Part shown: in pieces, positions 1 to 11,754 of the stretch
How positions within the stretch are numbered: position 1 is the first letter of the stretch
Layout of the letters: the number at the start of each line of letters is the position of its first letter
Source: Hypanus sabinus
Lineage: Eukaryota
DNA length: 64,000 bases
NCBI RefSeq assembly: GCF_030144855.1
Contig: NC_082727.1
Span: forward strand, 41,912,001 to 41,976,000
Direction: 5' to 3'
Position numbers and translations under genes: made by a program
The notes under the pieces: generated by a model
Seen by the model: the letters and a program-made list of their open reading frames with translations, nothing else
What the model was told of the DNA's origin: nothing
Databases searched by the model: none

Positions 1-955
1 ATGACCTGGATGTAGAGGCGGAAGGATGGGTGAGTAAGTTTGCGGATGACACGAAGATTGGAGAAATTGTGGATGGAGCTGTAGGTTGTTGAAGGTTACA
101 AGAGGATATAGACAGGCTGCAGAGTTGGGCAGAAAAATGGCAGATGGAGTTCAATCCAGACAAGTGTGAGGTGATGCATTTTGGAAGGACAAACCAGAAG
201 ACTGAGTACAGGATTAATGGTCAGTTACTTAAGAGTGTGGATGTACAAAGGGACCTTGGGGTTCAAATCCATACATCCCTCAAGGTCGCTGCACAGGTTG
301 ATAGGGTAGTTAAGAAGGCCTATGGGATGCTAGGCTTCATTAACAGGGGGATTGAGTTCATGAGTAGAGAGGTCATGTTGCAACTCTACAAATCTCTGGT
401 GAGACCGCACTTAGAGTATTGTGTTCAGTTCTGGTCACTTCATTATAGGAAAGATGTGGAAGCTATGGAGAGGGTGCAGAGGAGATTTACCAGGATGTTG
501 CCTGGTTTGGAGAACAAGTCATATGAAGCAAGGTTAGCAGAGCTGGGACTTTTCTCTTTGGGGCATAGAAGAATGAGAGGGGACTTGAGAGAGGTCTACA
601 AGATGATGAGAGGCATAGAAAGGGTGGATAGTCAGTACCTGTTTCCCAGGGCACCAATAGCAAACACCAAGAGGGCATATGTATATAATTAAGGGAGGGA
701 AGTTTAGGGGAGACATCAGGGATACGTTTTTTTACACAGAGGGGTTATGAGTGCCTGGAATGACTTGCCAGGGATGGTGCTGGAGGCTAAAATATTAGGG
801 GTATTTAAGAGCCTCTTGGACAGGCACATGGATGAAAGAAAAATGGAGGATTATGGGGTAATATGGGTTTAGTACTTTTTTTAAAGGATTATATGGGTCA
901 GCACAACATGGAGGGCTGAAGGGCCTGTACTGTGCTGTAGTGTTCTGTGGTTCTA
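1..955 (+). mobile_element. CR1-type LINE, 3' part (RT C-terminus and 3' UTR)
   Basis: ORF 144-692 MEFNPDKCEVMHFG...LYKSLVRPHLEYCVQFWS...ERVQRRFTRMLPGL...RRMRGDL is the CR1 ORF2 C-terminus. It ends in a ctgtgctgtagtgttctgtggttcta tail. Confidence 0.9.
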
Positions 956-2104
956 ATCTTTCTGATGTTGTCAGCCATTTTTTCTCTTTTTTTATGATTA
1001 CACACTGTAGCTGTAACAGCTGGTACTCACTGTTTATGAACCTGGGAATTGTTCTGTTTTCTGCCTTTTTAAAAATGTAATTGTCTTTCCATTTGTGAAG
1101 AAAACATCCTCCGTGCTTCAACAGGCAGGTAGTCATCTCGGGTTCATTTAAAACCTTCTTGTCACCACTATTATTTTTTGTAACTCCCAAGCATAAAAAC
1201 TAATGGAAAATAACACAAGGGAACTGGGAATGTGAGTCTAACTTAGTTCTTTAAGTGAGGTGCACAATTATCATCTGGTGGCGTGATGATGTATGCCTTT
1301 TACAAAGCATTATGCAAACAACAAAAATGCTGAATTAAACAATATATTCATAACATTAGTCAGATAATACTGATATATAACAGAACCAAGGTAGGCTTCA
1401 TATATTCTTCAAAATTATGCCATTCCTACTATGTTTCAGATGTGCTGCCTTGGAAAGCTGTGAAACCAGAGCAATGTACTGGACTGAAGACTTTAATTAT
1501 AGAGATGAATAATTTCTATTTTTAAATGATGATATAGAAGGACATATTTCTCAAGACTTTGCTATCAACAGGGAGCCTTGCCTGCCAGATGTGCATATAA
1601 AGAAATCAGAACCATGCTGCACTTTATCATTTTCTTTTGCATGGTTTGCTCCAGCAACGAGCTGGCACAAACATAATGTGTCAAATGGCTTCCTTCTGTG
1701 CTGTGAACTTCTAAACTTCATGGTCCTGTAGCTAGCAGAGATCCCTGCTGTCACTGTGGATTGGAGATATTATCTCAGCATTAGATGTATTTTGCATGCC
1801 TGTATTTCTATTTATGTACTAATAAGATGATGGGAAATAATTTTTAGATATTTGTTTCATAAATAATAACCGAGCAGGTGAAGATACAGGAAGGACTAAA
1901 GCCTAGAGCTTAAACTGTACAATTGCAAAAGATTTCTAGAAGTAGGAGGCAGTGCACCCCCCCCACCCAATAGTTTTTTTCTGCATATGCATGCTCTACA
2001 TTAGGCCTTTGTTGATTTTTTCTGTTTTGGCATTAAGATGGGAGTTTGGAAAACCTGTCAGTCCTTACAGACTGGTGCATAATGAATGTAGCACAATTAT
2101 CTAG

Positions 2105-2440
2105 ATTCATAGAGTCACAGAGCACTACAGCACAGAAATAGACCATTCAGACCATCTAGTCCATACTGAACTATTATTCTGCCTAGTCCCAGCAACGCAC
2201 ACCTAGACCATAGCCCTCCCATCCACGTACTTAACCAAACTTCTCTTAAATTTTGAAATCGAACTTGCATGCACCATTTCCGTTTGTGTTCCACACCCTC
2301 ACCAGCCTCTGAGTGAAGCTGCTTCCCCTTATGTTCCTCTTAAACATTTCACCTTTCACCCTTAACCCTTGACTTCTAGTTGTTATCTCACCCAACCTCA
2401 GTTGAAAAAGCCTGCTTGCATTTACTCTGTCTATACTCCT
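2105..2440 (-). mobile_element. CR1 LINE 3' fragment, decayed
   Basis: ORF 2246-2458 (-) contains RLFQLRLGEITTRSQGLRVKGEMFK...FTQRLVRVWN; tail-like sequence near 2105-2160. Confidence 0.75.
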
Positions 2441-3983
2441 CATAGTTCTGCATCCCAAAGATGTGCGCCATTATTTGCACAAGCTACTCTGACAGCACTT
2501 TACAAATTGGTGATCTCTGTCATCAAGAAGGACAAGAAAGCAGGCACAAGGGAATACTGTCACCTGGAAGTTTCTCTCCAAATCACACACTATTCTATTT
2601 TGGAAACAGCTTGCCATTCCTTTATTGTTGTAGGTCTAGATCCTCAATCTCCCATTTCAAAGAATATAGCTGTTCAAGCAGATGGTTCCCCATCACCTTT
2701 TCAAGGGCAAGTAGGAATTAAAAATAAACATGACTCCTGTCAGCTTTGGCTGTATCTGGTAAATGAATAAAAGAAGGACTTGAAAGTATGTTTCCAACAA
2801 ATCAGTACATTTAATAAATCTGATAGTATTTATTTCCTATGCCAGAGTTTATGTTAAGATTTCAAATCAAAACTTCTATGTTAATATGATGAAATTACTT
2901 ACGCAATATAGCACTGGAGTGGCACCTGCCATTCTCTGTTTAAAACCTGGCTGGGGGAGAAATACTGCTACGTTAATGTCTGAGATGTTTACCTTTCATG
3001 TTTCTATGTAATATGAAGCAATTCTATCTACTTTGTAAATATCAGATAAATATTATTATCCAGTTAACTTTTTCTTGGACATGTGACATTTGTTTATGAT
3101 TTATCTTCACAAAATTTCCTTATAAAATCAATTTTGCTGTGGTCCTTGGTGATCTGTGGTGTAGCCCTGAACTTGTTCTAAAATCTCGTTTACAGAAGTT
3201 CAGAATAAAGTTACAATACAAAACCTGAAGCACACTTATGTGGAGGTGAGAACGATGAAGGTGTGCTGTCTATGTTCAGGAGAGATAAAGAGCACAAAAG
3301 GAAATTGTGAAAGGAAAAGAGAGTTTCAGTATGACAAGTTTGCATATGTGAAAAAGCATATGTAAGGCCGAAGAAAAGGAAATCAAATAGAGAAATACCA
3401 ACAAACACTTTTATTTCTTTCTGACAAAATGTGCAAAGAGGTTAGCTAATGTGGTCCTGTAAATAGAAAGTCACTTTAGCCTGCAGAGCCATCGTAATTT
3501 GGGCTATATACAGACAAGTAAAGACTGAAAATAAACATCCAATTCTGTTTCCTTCCTGATAGTGTTTGGGTGACTAAAGTTGAGTTAAGGTACCGCACTG
3601 TTCTGCTTAATGTGCAAGAACACTTATCTGGTTTCTTGTCCTGCCATTATTCAGCCTTTCCTCAGGTTAATTATGAACCATCTGAGTATTTTTTTTAAAC
3701 ACCAGCCACAAAATGTGGATCTTTACTGTGCAATAAGCTGCAACATTACAAAATAATTTCTTCCAGTTCGAACATAACAGAGCCTCATCTTAATTATAAT
3801 CATGACTTGTGTGCAGAGTGCAGGCTGTTGGACGGGTACCTTAATGGTTGTTTCTGATGCTTCAGTAACTTTAATTCAGTAATGTTAGTAACCTCAAGAA
3901 CTCTTACAGACATTGAAATGCCACTCATTGTAGATCACAAAAATAAAAAAAATGTTCTAACAGTTTCCATTTTCTTTCTGTAG

Positions 3984-4158
3984 TGATTCAGTTACACATA
4001 TTGTAACTGAGAATAACTCCTGGAATGAGATTTGGGACTGGATTCAAACCCAGAAGATGTCAGATGCCAGCAAGCTAAATTTACTTAATATCTCATGGTT
4101 TACAGAGAGCATGGGTGCTGGTAAACCTGTAGACATTGAGGAACGCCACAGACTGCAG
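3984..4158 (+). CDS. DNTT: TdT (DNA nucleotidylexotransferase) coding exon 2, BRCT domain
   Basis: Acceptor ttctttctgtag, donor CAG|gtaaat, 175 nt. After 1 nt it reads DSVTHIVTENNSWNEIWDWIQTQKMSDASKLNLLNISWFTESMGAGKPVDIEERHRLQ, matching the TdT BRCT segment (human SDSVTHIVAENNS...LLDVSWLIECIRAGKPVE, recalled from memory). Confidence 0.96.
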
Positions 4159-5034
4159 GTAAATGTAATGCCCCTTTTATAATTGATATATATTATAATG
4201 CTTTGTTTTGTTATGATGCGATCATGCACTCTGAAATATAGAAGAGTAAAGATAAATGTTTTACATCTTTCAAATACTTGTTGCACTGCCCTAATTTAAA
4301 TAAATTGGCATTTTATTGCATGTTTAATGGAATAGAATTTTGGTAATTTATGGAAAAGGCAAAACAAACGTGTTGTTCGCACTATTCAATATGTTTCTAT
4401 CTATTCTAGATCTACTTTCTACCCTTTGGTCTGTTGCCTTGCTTGGTTATGACATACTGTTTACTCATCCAATCATTTTTATATTATCTTCTACCCCAGT
4501 TCAATTAAAATAATTGCTGGAAAATTACTAATTATTTTAAAATTAAAAACTCTTCAATCTTCATACTGTTGGAAGAATTCCAAAGAAGCTGATAGCAATA
4601 AACAGAATATGAAAATAATATTGCACTAGATCAAGCATTGATATTATATTGCAAGGGTTAGACAAATGATATACTGATGCTTCAGTTTATGAAGTATGTT
4701 TATTTGTATGGAAGATCCTGCCCTCTTCTGAGAATTTCCTTTCCTTCCAACCGTGTCTTTTAAACATAGTTCCACAATTAATCATTTGATGATACCAGCA
4801 TTGATATTTACCTAACAACTGTCTTAAGGAATGATTCCTGATTCAGTGCAAGTTTACATTCAGGGTATTTGCTATTTCACACTTTCTTAACAAAGCTGAG
4901 ATGGAAATCACTTGCTTAATTTTGGTTATTGCCCTGTCACTGATCTGACATTTGTTTACAGATTATATGATATGTTGCCCTCTTTCTTTATTTGTAGATT
5001 GTAAATATTGAACTTGCCCAAATTTTGTCATTGT

Positions 5035-5260
5035 CATGGTGATAGAACCATGCTGTGAAGAAACCCACAGCCGCACTTAGGCCAACCATCATGGTTATCT
5101 ACTGTATACTAATCATTTGATTTCATATCCTGCTTTATTCATTCAAGTACTTGTCCAGGTTCCTCTTAAATATCATTCCTGTATCACCACTACCTCTAGC
5201 AGGCCATTCAAAATATCAACTACTATTTGTGTGAACAGTTGACCCCTCAGGTTATCAACG
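5035..5260 (-). mobile_element. CR1 LINE 3' fragment, decayed
   Basis: Reverse-complement CR1 tail motifs (catagaa-like start; ttattcattcaagtacttgtcc...cctcttaaat). Confidence 0.6.
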
Positions 5261-5309
5261 GGCAGAATGGCCTAGTTCTGGCCCTATAGGCTTGAAGAGT
5301 GTTAGCTGT

Positions 5310-5590
5310 AATATTGGGGTTGAACTCCAGCTGCTGTTTTTAAGGAGCTTCTATTTTCTCCCATGACAACGTGGGTTTCCTCTGGGTGCTCTGGTTTCCT
5401 CCTACATTCCAAAGATGTACAGGTTATGGTTAGTAATTTGTGGGCATGCTATGCTGGCATTGGAAACAGGTGACATGCTATGCTGGCATTGGAAACAGGT
5501 GACACTTGCAGACTGCACCCAGCACATCCGAATGCAAGCAACGCATTTCACTGTATGTTTTGTTGTTTCAACGTACATGTGACAAATAAA
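5310..5590 (+). mobile_element. V-SINE (HE1-like) with a 29-bp internal tandem duplication
   Basis: Contains the V-domain core gtgggtttcctctgggtgctctggtttcctcctacattccaaagatgtacaggtta. The unit catgctatgctggcattggaaacaggtga is repeated at 5445-5473 and 5474-5502. Confidence 0.75.
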
Positions 5591-5599
5591 AAAAATATG

Positions 5600-5880
5600 T
5601 CTTTAAGTCTTATGATCTTATAACTATGGTCTGAAACCTTGTACATCTTATCTTAAACATACTCTCTACTTTTTGATACCTCTACCATAGGAAAGAGGCT
5701 CTAGCTATCTTCCCTATCACTGCTGCTCATATTTTTATAAATCTCTGTCATCTCATTTCTCCGTCTCCTTTTCTCCAGGGAAATAAAATACCTATTCTGT
5801 CCAATCCCTCCTTATAACTCAAACCCTCCAATCCTGATAACATTACTGTTACTTTTCTTCTGCACCCCTTCTAACTTAGT
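5600..5880 (-). mobile_element. CR1 LINE fragment, decayed
   Basis: Resembles the reverse complement of the CR1 ORF2 C-terminus (ccctcttataactcaaaccctccaatcctgataacat). Confidence 0.55.
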
Positions 5881-7124
5881 GATAGAAGGTTTTGGTGACA
5901 TTAAAGATTACCACTTGCCTGTAAGCAACATCCAGCTGGGATTTTATCAGGATGCCTTGGTTCCAGACCCTGGACCAGATATGAACCAAAGAGCTGGATT
6001 ATGGGTGTGCGGTGAAAATGATAGCTCGTCATATGATGGCAACATTTGACTGAGCGTGTTGCCAAGGCACCCAAGAAAATTGAAATCATTGGGCATTTTG
6101 GTAAATGCAGGTGTAACCAACCACCAGCACCATTGATTCACTTCTTACAACAAATCTAATCCATTCTCTTGAGACTATTAACAAGATTAAGCTTTACTTT
6201 GTGACTCCTTTGCGAGTCTATTTTATGTTCATTAAATTCCCTTTATAGGATTGTAATTTGTCATTCTTTCTTAACTAAAAGATTCTTAAGAGAAATTCCA
6301 ATAACAGAAACTTTCATAATGAAACCTCAATTTTCGATTTTTCAACAGACAATAGGGTAACCCACATTGGAGTCTAAGTGCATCAGTTTCTTTATTCATT
6401 TATGGGCATTGATGTTATTTTGGACAAGCATAACATTTTATAAAATACATTTAAAGCATCTGTGAAGCAAATGATGTGCTATCAATAAATATAACCATAT
6501 GATGGCACTGTGGAAAGGGAAGCATATAAAGCCAAAAACTGTTACAGAAAGACTGGATCTATTTTGTGCAAGAAAATTCAATATAAAATTCATCAAAATG
6601 TTTCTGAAATATAAACTGCAGTGCTTATAATAGTACATAATCTGTCATGTAATAGTACCTGCAGAAGAAGATATTTAATCACTTGAGTCTGTATTGGTTC
6701 TCCTTAACTGCAATCCAATTAGCCCCATTCTCCTGCTCTTTCTCTGCCTTTCTGCTGATTTTCTCTTTTAAACTTATATTTAACTTTGTTTTGAAAGCCA
6801 TTATTAAATTTGCATTAAAAAGATGTTCCCCACGATTCCTTTGATTCTTTTGCCAATTATTTTAAATCCATGACGATCAAATCATTAATGACTCATGGAA
6901 AACTCAGCCAGAAATCCACTGGCTCATGAGCTGGTGCTCAGTAGGGAGCCCACACTGGTGTGCTGCTTGTCCAATGTTTCTGTGCATTCTCACCTGTGAT
7001 TTGGAGATGCTAATTGTAGCCTTTTCCATATTTGCATGTGTAAAGCCCATGTAATTTCATGACTTCCCTGTTTCTCATGTGGATGGCATTGCACATTAGT
7101 TCTGCTCTGGAACATTCAACCTTG

Positions 7125-7665
7125 AATCAAATTGAATTGACTTTATTTCTTCCATCCTTCACATCCACGAGGAGTAAAAATCTTTACGTTACATCTCCAT
7201 CTGAATGTTCAATGTGCAATTTATAATAATTTGTAATAAATAGCATGTACAGCAGGACAGTCAATATAGCATAGAAATACATTTCTATCAGTGTGAATTA
7301 ATCAGTCTGATGGCCCAGTAGAAGAAGCTGTCCCAGAGCCTGTTGGTCCTGGCCTTCATGATGTGGTACAGTTTCCTGCATGGTAGCAGCTGGACCAGTT
7401 TGTGGTTGGGGTGACCTGGATCCCCAATGATCCTTTGGGCCCTTTTTATGCACCTGTCTCTGTAAATGTCCTGAATAGTGGGACGTTCACATCTACAGAT
7501 GCGCTGGACTGTCCGCACCACTCTCTGCAGAGTCCTGCGATTGAGGGAAGTACAGTTCCCATAACAGGCAGTGATACACCAGTCTGGATGCTCTCAATTG
7601 TGCCCCTATAGAAAGTCCTTAGGATTTGGGGGCTCATGTCAAACTTTTTCAACCATCTGAGGTGA
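7125..7665 (-). mobile_element. Rex1/Babar-like LINE 3' fragment
   Basis: Minus-strand peptides HLRWLKKFDMSPQILRTFYRGTIESI and QDIYRDRCIKRAQRIIGDPGHPNHKL...RTNRLWDSFF; short (aattg)-type tail at 7125-7140. Confidence 0.85.
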
Positions 7666-8394
7666 AAGAGGTGTATGGACGGCAAAATGGTGGTTTGAAA
7701 ATGAAGGAAGACATGCATACACCTGGAAGGCTTGTTGAAAGCCTGTATGAGATACCTACAGGAAATTCATCCCACAGCTTACAGGAGCATGAAGTCTGGA
7801 GCCTTGAGCCTATCTTTCCAGCATGGAAACAACCAGTAGCTTGCCGAACTGTCCACAGTGCAATGTCCAATACAGAGGTACTCTAGCAAAGACAAAAACT
7901 TCCCATCAGTGGAGGAGCAACCTCTGCTTTCTCAGAATTCTGTCATCGTGAGCATGGACTCAATAATTCTGGGAGCTTTAAGACACTGACAGCACTTGCG
8001 TAATACATCTTACAGCAGGCTATGAAGTCCAGGGGATTGTTAATAGTTCTCTGAAGGGTCTTTTCTCCTCTTGGTAAAACAGTATTTAACATCCCTCCAC
8101 TGTGGCCTTGCAATTGCACATTAGGCATTTAGCCCAGGCTACTTCCATCCTTGGAATGGTGCCACTAAAGGTTTAGCTAATTAACCCAGCACTGTCTGAG
8201 GTTGCTCCTTACAACCATCTGTAATCTCCTTCATTATAATGGAGCCAATGTCTCCCACTGGAGAGCAGAACTTAAGGGTAGTTTGACCAACAGGACTGCA
8301 TGAAAGACAGGCACTAGGGAAACCTATAAGGGTGAATGGCCAGTAATCAAAAAGGTTTTCCTCTTTAGTGCAGGCATGAAATTAGAAGGTGTAC

Positions 8395-8520
8395 ATGCTG
8401 AACAACACCCACAAAATGTTGGAGGAGCTCAGTTGGTCAGGCAGCTTCTATGGAGAGGAATCAACAGTTGACATTTTGGGCCAAGGCCCTTCATCAGGAC
8501 TGAAACAGAAAGGGAAGAAG
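8395..8520 (-). mobile_element. Penelope-like terminal repeat fragment with degenerate hammerhead motif
   Basis: Same motif as the end of the Penelope element at 31200-31340. Minus strand reads CAGTC-CTGATGA-AGGGCCTTGGCCC-AAAATGTC-AACTG (8502-8465). Confidence 0.8.
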
Positions 8521-9387
8521 TCAGGTTTTGATATTCATGATTTTTGCAGTAAGGAACTACAAAAAGTAATTACTGACAGAATAGTGGAGCATAGTTGTAT
8601 GTCACAAGGAGGTTTTGGATGTTGACTGAAAATCATTATTTGATGCTTATCCCTCCGTTGCTGCTCAACTTAAAGCAGTAATAAATGAGAATGCAAATGG
8701 AATGAGAAAATAAATTTTTAGGTAAAAATTTTGAGTGACTTGGAGCCTGTCTCAAAGGTTGCACAGGGAAGAAAATAGAGAGCACTGTTCAAAGTTTTCA
8801 GGGGCTGCAGAAACCTTTCTCGTATTGCCTCTTTCAGTGAACTTACTGTCCCCTGCACTAAGAACACCATAACAAAGGGACACAGGGAGCAGGATCTAAC
8901 CTCAAGGAAGTCTAGTTGATTTCCATCAAGTCAGAGACAAATTAATTCATAAATTTAGTTTGAAATATTTATTTTGGGGCAGATTTTAGATGGAGTATGG
9001 TTAGTGACAGTATGAGGAGAAAGTGTGGACTGGTGACAAATGATGACTCAGGCCTGTGGGTACAGGGATAATGAAGAGATAAGTTATACGTGGAAAGAAG
9101 GGGTTATTGGAGACACCTCTGTCCTTCCTGTTTCTCCTTCTCCTCCTCCCTAATCTTCAGCTACTTGGGGGAAAGTGCAGATGTGGAGGGGGAGGAATGT
9201 GCCATCACATTGGAAGCTTTGATTCTGGTGAGGGTAAGTTGCAAGGTTCTGTCTGAGTTCACCGGACAACAGCATCACGATGATGGTGCTCACACTTTTA
9301 GTGGTAGCATGGCTTTCGTGTGGCTACACCAAATGGTAGATTGCAGTGAGGGCATCCTTTCTGCAAAAAAGATCTGCCTTTCAGATC

Positions 9388-11754
9388 TTGGAACTGGACA
9401 CGGGACTTGGAACTGAACATGGGACTTGGAACTGGGAACTGGACAAGGGACTTGTGACTTGGAACTGGACTCGGAACTGGACTCAGGCTTGGAGCCTTGG
9501 CTTGGACTGTGGTTTGGAGCCTTGGCTTGGACTGGGGTTTGGAGCCTTGGCTTTGACTGGGGTTTGGAGTCTTGGCTTGGACTCAGGCTTGGAGCCTTGG
9601 CTTGGACTGTGGTTTGGAGCCTTGGCTTGGACTGGGGTTTGGAGCCTTGGCTTTGACTGGGGTTTGGAGCCTTGGCTTGGACTGGGGTTTGGAGCCTTGG
9701 CTTTGACTGGGGTTTGGAGTCTTGGCTTGGACTGTGGTTTGGAGCCTTGGCTTGGACTGAGGTTTGGAGCCTTGGCTTTGATTGGGGTTTGGAGTCTTGG
9801 CTTGGACTGTGGTTTGGAGCCTTGGCTTGGACTGAGGTTTGGAGCCTTGGCTTGGACTGGGGTTTGGAGCCTTGACTTGGACTGGGGTTTGGAGTCTTGG
9901 CTTGGACAGGGGTTTGGAGCCTTGGCTTGGACTGGGGCTTGGAGCCTTGGCTTGGACTGGGGCTTGGAGCCTTGGCTTGGACTGGGGTTTGGAGTCTTGG
10001 CTTGGACTGGGGTTTGGAGTCTTGGCTTGGACTGGGGCTTGGAGCCTTGGCTTGGACTGGGGTTTGGAGCCTTGGCTTGGACTGGGGTTTGGAGCCCTGG
10101 CTCGGACGAGGGTTTGGAGTCTTGGTTTGGACAGGGGTTTGGAGCCTTGGCTTGGACTGGGGTTTGGAGCCTTGGCTTGGACTGGGGCTTGGAGCCTTGG
10201 CTTGGACTGGGGTTTGGAGCCTTGGCTTGGACTGGGGCTTGGAGCCTTGGCTCGGACTGGGGTTTGGAGCCTTGGCTTGGACGGGGGTTTGGAGTCTTGG
10301 CTCGGACTGGGGTTTGGAGCCTTGGCTCGGACTGGGGCTTGGAGCCTTGGCTTGGACTGGGGTTTGGAGCCTTGGCTCGGATGGGGGTTTGGAGTCTTGG
10401 CTTGGACTGGGGTTTGGAGTCTTGGCTTGGACTGGGGTTTGGAGCCTTGGCTCGGACGGGGGTTTGGAGTCTTGGCTTGGACTGGGGTTTGGAGCCTTGG
10501 CTTGGACTGGGGTTTGGAGCCTTGGCTTGGACTGGGGCTCAGAGCCTTGGCTTGGGCTGGGGTTTGGAGCCTTGGCTTGGACTGGGGTTTGGAGCCTTGG
10601 CTTGTACTGGGGTTTGGAGCCTTGGCTCGGACGGGGGTTTGGAGTCTTGGCTTGGACTGGGGCTTGGAGCCTTGGCTTGGACTGGGGTTTGGAGCCTTGG
10701 CTTGGACTGGATCTCGGGGCCTTGGCTTGGACTGGGGTTTGGAGTCTTGGCTTGGACTGGGGTTTGGAGCCTTGGCTTGGACTGGGGTTTGGAGCCTTGG
10801 CTCGGACGGGGGTTTGCAGCCTTGGCTCGGACGGGGGTTTGGAGCCTTGGCTTGGACTGGGGTTTGGAGTCTTGGCTTGGACTGGGGTTTGGAGCCTTGG
10901 CTCGGACGGGGATTTGGAGTCTTGGCTTGGACTGGGGTTTGGAGCCTTGGCTTGGACTGGGGTTTGGAGTCTTGGCTTGGACTGGGGCTCGGGCCTTGGC
11001 TTGGACTGGGGTTTGGAGCCTTGGCTTGTACTGGGGTTTGGAGTCTTGGCTTGGACTGGGGCTCGGGCCTTGGCTTGGACTGGGGTTTGGAGTTTTGGCT
11101 TGGACTGGGGTTTGGAGCCTTGGCTTGGACTGGGGCTTGGAGCCTTGGCTTGGACTGGGGTTTGGAGCCTTGGCTCGGACGGGGGTTTGGAGTCTTGGCT
11201 CGGACTGGGGTTTGGAGCCTTGGCTTGGACTGGGGCTTGGAGCCTTGGCTTGGACTGGGGTTTGGAGCCTTGGCTTGGACTGGGGTTTGGAGCCTTGGCT
11301 TGGACTGTAGTTTGGAGCCTTGGCTTGGACTGGGGTTTGGAGCCTTGGCTTGGACTGGTGTTTGGAGTCTTGGCTTGGACTGGGGTTTGGAGTCTTGGCT
11401 TGGACTGGGGTTTGGAGGCTTGGCTTGGACTGGGGCTCGGGGCCTTGGCTTGGACTGGGGTTTGGAGTCTTGGCTTGGACTGGGGTTTGGAGCCTTGGCT
11501 TGGACTGGGGCTTGGAGCCTTGGCTCGGACGGGGGTTTGGAGTCTTGGCTCGGACTGGGGTTTGGAGCCTTGGCTTGGACTGGGGCTTGGAGCCTTGGCT
11601 TGGACTGGGGTTTGGAGCCTTGGCTCGGACGGGGGTTTGGAGTCTTGGCTTGGACTGGGGTTTGGAGTCTTGGCTTGGACTGGGGTTTGGAGCCTTGGCT
11701 TGGACTGGGGCTCGGAGCCTTGGCTTGGACGGTGTTTTGGAGTCTTGGCTTGGA
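9388..11754. repeat. G-rich 25-bp minisatellite, about 90 copies, consensus GGACTGGGGTTTGGAGCCTTGGCTT
   Basis: Directly visible tandem array. Regular 25-mers run from about 9490 to 11754 and are preceded by degenerate 6-7-mers (GGAACT/GGGACTT) at 9388-9490. Confidence 0.98.

Noticed and set aside
144-692. 182-aa ORF as a host gene (likewise ORFs at 12120, 25012, 31721, 55715 and 63128)
   Set aside because: All are reverse-transcriptase fragments of retroelements bounded by stops and frameshifts.
1-3983. TdT exon 1 or promoter
   Set aside because: No segment encoding the expected ...RRxFLMxLARxKGFRVE... followed by a phase-2 donor was found; it probably lies upstream of the window.
6880-7000. 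Possible lymphoid enhancer (TGACTCA at 6889, E-box CACCTG at 6991) in apparently unique sequence
   Set aside because: 6-7-bp motifs are expected by chance in 64 kb; no clustering or conservation evidence is available.
9388-11754. CRISPR array or telomeric/interstitial telomere repeat
   Set aside because: There are no unique spacers, the context is eukaryotic, and the unit contains no TTAGGG.
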